Made by a program: the position numbers and the translations under genes
Shown: in pieces, positions 55,956-64,000 of the stretch
Layout of the letters: the number at the start of each line of letters is the position of its first letter
How positions within the stretch are numbered: position 1 is the stretch's first letter
Assembly (NCBI RefSeq): GCF_026210795.1
Contig: NC_089434.1
Span: 5,456,001-5,520,000 of the forward strand
Length of the DNA: 64,000 bases
Direction of reading: 5' to 3'
Source: Rhizophagus irregularis
Taxonomy: Eukaryota
The notes under the pieces: generated by a model
Database searches by the model: none
The model's input: the letters and a program-made list of their open reading frames with translations, nothing else
Told to the model about the DNA's origin: nothing

Positions 55956-56981
55956 TATTTATTAATTCTTCGGTGGTACAACAACAATTAATAGCCAATA
56001 AAATTAATTTTAAACTACCATAAACGGTTGACTATAGCCCCCAATGTATACTGTATAGTACCCCCTTCTTTTACCCAGACAAAAGGTTCATTTTCTATCA
56101 AATTTCATTATTTAAATAATATAATTTTTTCTGGCATTGCATGTAAATATTTTTCTGATTATTATAAAGTTTTAAATACATTATATTTATAGCAAAAATT
56201 CGAGTAATAAACATGGTAATACAAGGTTAATCCCCGAAATTTGTATAATACCCGGGTATTTTAGTCAATCGTTTACGGTATGTCCGCATAAATCTGGTGT
56301 AATTAAGGCGTTTTCTTAATAAGCTCTGAAATTATCAACTTTTTAATGTGTAGTTACTTGGCTAGCTAATATCTATTTTCTGCGATCTTTTTTCTTTGCC
56401 AGGCTTTCAATGCTTCTGCGTCTGCGTCACGTTTATAATGAACAGGTCCTTTGAACTTTTTTCTTTGCAATTCTGTCGCATATGGTGCTGCGTCTGCGTC
56501 ACGTGAATCATTATTAAAAGAATTCGTTTGATAATTGTTTACCCGCTAAAGCAATAAGTATTTAATTGCATGATTGATTTTGTGTTCAGTATGTTATATA
56601 AAATTCTTATTTCGTTGTTAATTTGTTTTTATAACAATAAGACATTTTCTCTCCTCATTTTCAAAGTGTTTATAAGAAAATTTTTCCATAGTAACACACA
56701 TTTTTTTTTCATATTATTATCAATGAAGGCGAAGTACTTTTGCCACGTTTTGCGCCTTATTAAATTTACAATTGAAGAGCAGAGCCACTTTAAAATTAAT
56801 GTGAAAATGAGAGATTTTGTTGTCAATAATTATTTTGAGTCGCAATCATCTTTGTTTTATTAACGAGGGCGAAGCTAAAAGAAATGTTAGAATATTTTTT
56901 GCCACGTTTTTATGACTTTCCAGCGTAACCTGAAAAAAATGTCCCGAAAAATCATGTGACTTTTTTTGTCACAACTGTCAC

Positions 56982-57422
56982 TATGGCACGGTTGACTAGA
57001 CAGATGTTTAAACGTAAAAGCTAAATCATTTGACGTTTAAGGTTAACTGCGAAATTCAAATGATTTGCTGTACCAACAAACTGTTTGACTTTATAGTTAA
57101 ATTCTTTGCCAATACTGTCAGAGATATGAAAATAATTTTCCATATTTGGTTAAAATTCAAATGGTGCAATTTAAGTAATAATTTTCTTTTTAAAAGTCTC
57201 GTGAAATCCTATTTCCTTTATAGGAAATTTGTTTATAGATTTGCAAATACTTTGGAATTAATGGCAAATGCTTTGGGAATTAATGACAAATGCTTTGGAA
57301 TTAATGACAAATGGTTTATATTTAACGCCAAATGCTTTGTACTCCAAAGTCAAATGATATGGTGTTAACGTCAAATGATTTAGCTTTTACGTTTAAACAT
57401 CTGTCCAGTCTGGCGTGCCATA
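56982..57422. mobile_element. Non-autonomous TIR element, IS3EU-like
   Basis: ~56-bp TIR starting TATGGCACG; 6-bp near-duplication TGTCAC/CGTCAC. Confidence 0.7.
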
Positions 57423-57602
57423 CGTCACACCCCACCGCGTTTCCATTTTCTATAAGTATCTGAGGGACTTAGTTTTTTTCGAGTAGGTAAAAATCTATTC
57501 GTCACACATTATTCGTCACATGTGCACCACACTTAATTTCAGTCAAGTTAATGCTGGCCATTTCGTGACATTTTTTTCAGTCAATTCGTGATTATTTACA
57601 AA

Positions 57603-58780
57603 ATGTCATCAACTTATAATCCAACTGAAGAAACAATTAATTCAATTCTTACCGGATTACTTCCAGTATTGATAGTTGGTCTGTTTAATGGTTTTGAAGA
57701 TAGTAAAAGAAGACATTATCTGTGATAAATATATTTGGTGATTTTGTTATATTTGCATCTATTGCTGTATATCCTTTAATTACAGCAATTGAATGGTATC
57801 AATATTATAGCAGTGATTACAAAAAAAGAGTTATTGCAACTTACTAATTTTTTATACCCTTTTCTTATAGTTTTAATACAAAATGAAGTTAAAGAAAATG
57901 AAACAATAAAAATAAAGGGAATGAAAAGAATGAAAGAGGAAACAATGAAAACATGGAAGAAAAAAAAATAGATGAGAGAGGAAATGATGAAACAAGTATA
58001 AATATGGATGATGAAAATGATAACAACAAAAATGAAAGGAAAGGAAATTTCAAAATGAGCATAAAAAATTTATTTAAAACAGTTATAAAATATATAAAAA
58101 TATTTTAAAAAGTGAAATGTTAGCTTGCTACTTCATTATAGTGCTTACTATTTATCATATACTGGATATGATGTCTTTATCCATGGTGATTTCAATAATA
58201 ATGCTAACAAGGTTTATAGTTACATGAGTAATTATTGCATTAAAAACTTTGGAGTTAACAAATGCAACAGTCTGAGGCTAGCAAATAGGATAATATATAT
58301 TTATGAAATTGTAGTCAATACTTTACATATGGTTGATATCATATTTTTATGTAAACGTTACAAAAATACTTTGGTAAAAAAATATAAAAATACTGTCAAT
58401 TATTTTATTACAATCTCTAATGTTTTAAATATATCAATATAATATTATTAATTGTTTATCCAGCTATTGTATCTGGATATTTAATTAGCACCAGTTCTAT
58501 TACTACAAAAATAGCTTTTGGAATTTGTACTTTATCTTTTACTAGATTAGTTAACCATTTTAATAAAAACCCTAATAAAATCAATACATTAATTTCCATT
58601 TATCTGAATACTAGTGAAGGAAAAAGTAAAGATAAAAAAAGCAAATAAAAATTCTAACAGAAGAAATAGAAAAACTAACAAAAAAAATAAGAGAACAAGC
58701 TAAACAAAAAGAAATATAAATTAAAAAATGAAAAAAAATGAAATAGATATATAAAAGAACTAAAAGAACAAAAGGACTAT
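57603..58780 (+). pseudogene. Decayed multi-pass membrane protein-like gene
   Basis: MSSTYNPTEETINSILTGLLPVLIVGLF followed by TGA TAA stops and further hydrophobic broken frames. Confidence 0.45.
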
Positions 58781-59149
58781 TGAATGGTCTTTTAATTTAA
58801 TATTTAGTTTTTTCAGAAAATATAGAAGTATAAAATGGTAGCTAGTTAAATATAAAATTCTATAAAATTTATATTATTATAAATATTACTATTTTAAGTA
58901 GTTTTTATTTAAACTTATTAGTAACTACTTTTATAAAGTTCAATTTAATAATTTTTACTATAATTTTATATAATTATATAATTTAATAATCCCTATTTTT
59001 AATTAAATTTTATTAAGAATTCCAGATACATATTTAATATATAGACTTTTAGCCAAATTTACTTTTTTGTTAAAATTTAAAAAATTTATTTTTTTGCAAA
59101 TATTTTAGTATTTAATAGTCTAATTTTAATAATAAACTTTTTTTTTAAA

Positions 59150-59556
59150 GGGTTTTGTTTTTTATCGCCATGGCGATGCATCGCCAGTGTCACGTGATTT
59201 TATAATTCCGGCCGGAATTAAAAGATCATCAAAGAAATTTCCTTTTTTGGAAGTTTGTGTAACAAAAACTTAAATTTTGCTAAAAAAATAGAATTGCCTT
59301 TTTTTGGATTGTGTAACGTTACCTAAATCTCCAAAAAAGGATATTTTGGCCAGCGTTATAAAATTTGGCTGAAATTAAGCATGTGATGTATAGGGAGTGA
59401 CAAATAGTATTTTTTGCATTGAAAAAATTCTAAGTCCCCAGAATAAATAATAAAAATGGAAAACTAGAGGATGTGACGCGGGGTGACAAATTATTCACAT
59501 ATGTAAAGTCACGTGATACTTGCGACACATCGCTATGGCGATTTTTTATAAAATCC
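59150..59556. mobile_element. Mutator-type MITE, copy 1
   Basis: TIR GGGTTTTGTTTTTTATCGCCATGGCGATG / CATCGCTATGGCGATTTTTTATAAAATCC; 9-bp TSD TTTTTTAAA. Confidence 0.85.
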
Positions 59557-59601
59557 TTTTTTAAATTATAAAGTTAAATGAAAGCTATAAACAAAAAAAA
59601 A

Positions 59602-60006
59602 GGATTTTATAAAAAATCGCCATAGCGATGTGTCGCAAGTATCACGTGACTTTACATATGTGAATAATTTGTCACCCCGCGTCACATCCTCTAGTTTTCC
59701 ATTTTTATTATTTATTCTGGGGACTTAGAATTTTTTCAATGCAAAAAATACTATTTGTCACTCCCTATACATCACATGCTTAATTTCAGCCAAATTTTAT
59801 AACGCTGGCCAAAATATCCTTTTTTGGAGATTTAGGTAACGTTACACAATCCAAAAAAGGCAATTCTATTTTTTAGCAAAATTTAAGTTTTTGTTACACA
59901 AACTTCCAAAAAAAGGAAATTTCTTTGATGATCTTTTAATTCTGGCCGGAATTATAAAATCACGTGACACTGGCGATGCATCGCCATGGCGATAAAAAAC
60001 AAACCC
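59602..60006. mobile_element. Mutator-type MITE, copy 2 (inverted)
   Basis: Near-identical reverse complement of 59150-59556. Confidence 0.85.
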
Positions 60007-60119
60007 CCAAAAAAAAGTTTAATTTTAAAATAAACTACTGAATACTAAAAAAATTGCATAATAGTAATTGATTCTATATTTAAAAAGCCATCTGGATTCA
60101 ATTTAAATTATCTTAGTTA

Positions 60120-60680
60120 AATCTAAATAATAATCTGAATTTGAAAATTTAGCAGATTATTTAAACTTTAACAAATTTATCTTTAATTAGAAATCTACCT
60201 GACTATCTGAATTTACTATTTAATTCTGTCTAAAATTATAATTTCAGCTAAAGTTAAAAATAAAGTAACCTTAAAATTAGATAATAAAGTCTATTATTCT
60301 AATTTATTTATAAAAAATTTATTATAATTAAAAATATTTATTTGAAATTAAAAATAAAATATATAAATATGTCTAAATAATAATCTGAATCTAAAAATTT
60401 AGCAGATTATTTAAACTTTAACAATTTATACTTAATTTAAAATCCATTTGAAACTATTCTAATTTATTTATAAAAAGTTTATTATAATTAAAAATATTTA
60501 TTTAAAATAAAAATATACAAATATATTTAAATAATAATTTAAATTTGAAAATTTAAAAGATTATTTAAACTTTAACAAATTTATCCTTAATTTAAAATCC
60601 ATTTGAATTTATCCTAATCTATTTATAAAAAATTTATTATAGTTAAAATATTTATTTAAAGTTAAAAATAAAAATATATA
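60120..60680 (+). repeat. Three irregular tandem repeat units
   Basis: TAAATAATAAT.TGAAT...GATTATTTAAACTTTAACAA at ~60122, ~60372 and ~60527. Confidence 0.75.
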
Positions 60681-60749
60681 ATTACACAATTTAAACGAAA
60701 AAAATTTGTATAATATAATTTTATTTATATAAAAGAATGAATTTATTTA

Positions 60750-60885
60750 CCACACCCTGCATTACAACGCATCCTTCCTTTTTTGTAAATTGTTTATATC
60801 GATCTTTAGTTTATACACCGCACCCCCCTTAAAATGGCAAATGATAAACATAAAAATATATATAAATTTGTAATACAGGGTGCGG
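60750..60885. mobile_element. TA-flanked MITE
   Basis: CCACACCCTGCATTACAA / TTGTAATACAGGGTGCGG. Confidence 0.7.
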
Positions 60886-61056
60886 TAAATACATTATTTC
60901 TATATAAAATATATAAAATATTAAATTAAATAAATTACTATTATGTATTATTACTCAATTTTTTTAATTTTTTAATTTTTTCAATTTTTTCAATTTAATT
61001 AATTTATTTAATTTATTTCTTTTAGGTGAGGTCATAGGTTCAATTCTGCTGATTAC

Positions 61057-61230
61057 TATACATGCCACCCAAATTATTTTGGACTGCCGTAATTATAAGT
61101 AAAATCCCAAATTCAATTATGGCATCCCAAATTATTTTGGCACTTTACATAGTAAATTATATATAAACCGAATGAATTATGGCATCCCAAATTATAATTA
61201 TGGCATCCCATAATTTGGGTAGCATGTATA
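61057..61230. mobile_element. hAT-type MITE
   Basis: TIR TATACATGC.ACCCAAATTAT; 8-bp TSD CTGATTAC; internal GGCATCCCAAATTAT repeats. Confidence 0.88.
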
Positions 61231-61516
61231 CTGATTACAGAAATTTTACTGCAAATACTATTACTAATAACATAAAGATACAAGGATTAGTATAAATTAG
61301 ACTGTACCATAGTAAATTAGTATATACAATTAAGTTGCATATTTTAATAAAGGGTTATGGTATTTTTTTAATATTTCTTAAAAAGTTATTAAAAGTTTCA
61401 GAATCCTGCTTTTAAGCAAGACCACTATTATATTTTAAAGAAATGGTCTTATTTTAGTAATTACTTTATAATACTACTAAAGGTATGGTACTATACTTTA
61501 CTGTAATAATATAATA

Positions 61517-62048
61517 TACTACATCAGGAAATTTGTTTAGGCGTAATTTAGTGTAATATTTCGAAGGTGGTGTAAAATTTCGAAATATTACACTAAAAAC
61601 GTAATATTACAAAAGTTTACGCTCTTAAATTTGAATAATTATAGTAATTTAAGAATATCTCGCTATCTACTGATCCAATCAAGACGATCTATAGCTCATT
61701 GGAATCAGCTCATCAAGACGGATCGAATGGTAGTAAAATCGTATCTTTACGTTCGATAGATGATTTTCTATTAATTTAAAACTTTACTGCATACTATAGA
61801 GCGTTCTATCAACTGTAGAAATGCGATTTTACTACCATTCGATCCGTCTTGATGAGCTGATTCCAATGAGCTATAGATCGTCTTGATTGGATCAGTAGAT
61901 AGCGAGATATTCTTAAATTACTATAATTATTCAAATTTAAGAGCGTAAACTTTTGTAATATTACGTTTTTAGTGTAATATTTCGAAATTTTACACCACCT
62001 TCGAAACATTACACTAAATTACGCCTAAACAAATTTCCTGATGTAGTA
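61517..62048. mobile_element. Young foldback element with ~225-bp near-perfect arms
   Basis: TACTACATCAGGAAATTTG...CAAATTTCCTGATGTAGTA; the arms differ at about one position. Confidence 0.9.
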
Positions 62049-64000
62049 AATAGTTTGTTTAAATGGTAAAATCAAGGATGCAATATCTTTATGATAGTAG
62101 ACCTTCTAAATAAATCTTAGACTGACCATAATTTTTCTGAAATACCAGTTGTATTAGATGGAAACTGGGTTCAATTCTGATTAAATTAAATACTAGTAGC
62201 AGTTTTGGTGGTTAATAACTATCTAAGTCTGTACTTTCTTAGTACCTTTTATTCAAATGATCACTTCTATACCACTTGAAGATTTATAACTATATCATCA
62301 GTACCTGGCAATTGTAGATTGTAGTAGTCTTTAAGTAAAATCTTATTCTTAAAATAGTGATATAGAAGGATTTCTAAATGATAATCCATTATAACTGATA
62401 AAAGTTCTCATATTTAGGTGGCTAAAAAGTGAATTTAATATAAATATTAAGTTATCTTTACTAAAATATAAATAAAAATTAAGTAGGAGGTTTTATTAGA
62501 TTTAAGTCTAAACTTATACTTGCATGTAAAAAGGATGGGATGATAGGTAGGTTTGTAAATTAGATTTATTGGTTATAAAGTTCTGTTTATCTGAGGTCTT
62601 TCTGAGTATTTTCATCTGCTAACAGTTCTAAATCCATATAAATAATTACCTTGGCTTTAAGAAAAATATTACAATTAATTTATTTTTTTACTTAATAGAA
62701 GTAAATTAGATATATAGTTAATAGTATTGTAATTTTCAAATTATATGGAAAGAGTATTATTTAATAGTATAATTCAAAATAATTAATTTTGCAAATAAAG
62801 AAATTATTATATTTTTTATTATATATAAAATCTTATATTATTTTAATAAAAACCTATTGTCTTTAACTAATCATTAATAATAATATGTAAGTTTGATCGT
62901 CACCTCGTGATTAAGCCGAATTTTGATCACGTGATAGAGTATTAAAAGTAAATTGACCAGACTTGATCGGATATTAAGAATTCAAGTACGTTATCCCAGA
63001 AAAGATTAATAATTTCTTAATTAAGCCGTATAGTATTATGTTTTATATAATTTAGGTTGTAAAACTACAAATCTGGGTTCTTAACGTGTAATAAACTATG
63101 TGATAAAAAAGAATTTGACAAATAATTTATTATAATCTTCTAAAAGATAGAGAAAAATTTAGGTGATTTATTAATAATAAAGTAAACTGTGAAATTAGAG
63201 CATTTAGCTAACAAATATTGATATGAGTTAAGACGTAATGTTATAGTTAATGCTCGCTAAATGATATGGGATAAATTTTTTAATCTCAAATAGTCCAATA
63301 TCGTCTAATATCGTGGAAATAATTAGATTTAGAAATATAATCTAATAATTTATAATTTTAGAAATATAATTTAATATAAAAACGTAGTAAATCAAATTAC
63401 AATTTACTACAGGAAAATGATGATTCAAAAGAGTTTTTTTTATAGAGTGCGATAAAAAATTATTCCCTCTTGAGGTCTTTTTTCAAGAAATTTTGCACGT
63501 CCCAATAAAAAATGGGTTTAGAAATTATCAAACGACATGTTTGGTAATTTCGTCGATATATTATAGTACGAAAATTTTTATTTAAAAAAAGTGAATTGGT
63601 GTTTGAGATTCATTTTTAAATATTTTGAAAAAAGAATTATTTTTTTTCTGGAGCTTTTCTACGGGGTCTATTTATAATGTAGGCGAGTCGGTTCATTTTA
63701 ATTGTTTATATGACATGTTTAGAAGTTTAATATTCAAATTTAGCTTAAGAGGAAATACAAATAAACTAAATTAAGCTTTGTCCAATAGTTGATAAAGCTT
63801 TGATTCACACGTAAAGACAATGTTAAAAATATGTGCGCCCGTAAAGACAATGGTAAAATAAATGCGCCCGCCCATTTATGTTACGCGCATGATATCATGT
63901 TGAACGAGGAAAAAAAAAATTTTTTTTTTCTTTTTTTCTTTGTTCTAAATCCACTAACGAATGAGGATGATACAAAAATAAATTTCCTTATCGGAAGATC

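Noticed and set aside
61024..61050. tRNA-like T-arm (GGTCATAGGTTCAATTC)
   Set aside because: Only a degenerate B-box; no cloverleaf

Overview
Very AT-rich, intron-containing eukaryotic DNA. The gene content (MATA-type HMG boxes, TKL-like kinase, F-box/LRR protein, SAM methyltransferase, Crinkler-like nuclease pseudogene) fits an arbuscular mycorrhizal fungus (Glomeromycota, Rhizophagus-like); this assignment is inferred. About seven apparently intact host genes lie among several pseudogenes, one intact pogo-family DD35D transposon, about 20 non-autonomous TIR elements/MITEs (many nested, most with readable target-site duplications), LINE remnants and long palindromes. Highlights: (1) a tandem duplication in which one HMG paralogue has lost exactly a GT...AG-bounded 180-nt HMG-box segment and expanded an acidic 6-aa repeat; (2) an internal sequence module shared by otherwise unrelated TIR elements and arrayed as ~180-bp repeats; (3) a spliced gene joining a DUF5678-like motif to a retropepsin-type protease; (4) four-level transposon nesting; (5) a ~860-bp near-perfect inverted pair of MITE copies. 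All calls come from reading the sequence by eye; no searches were run.
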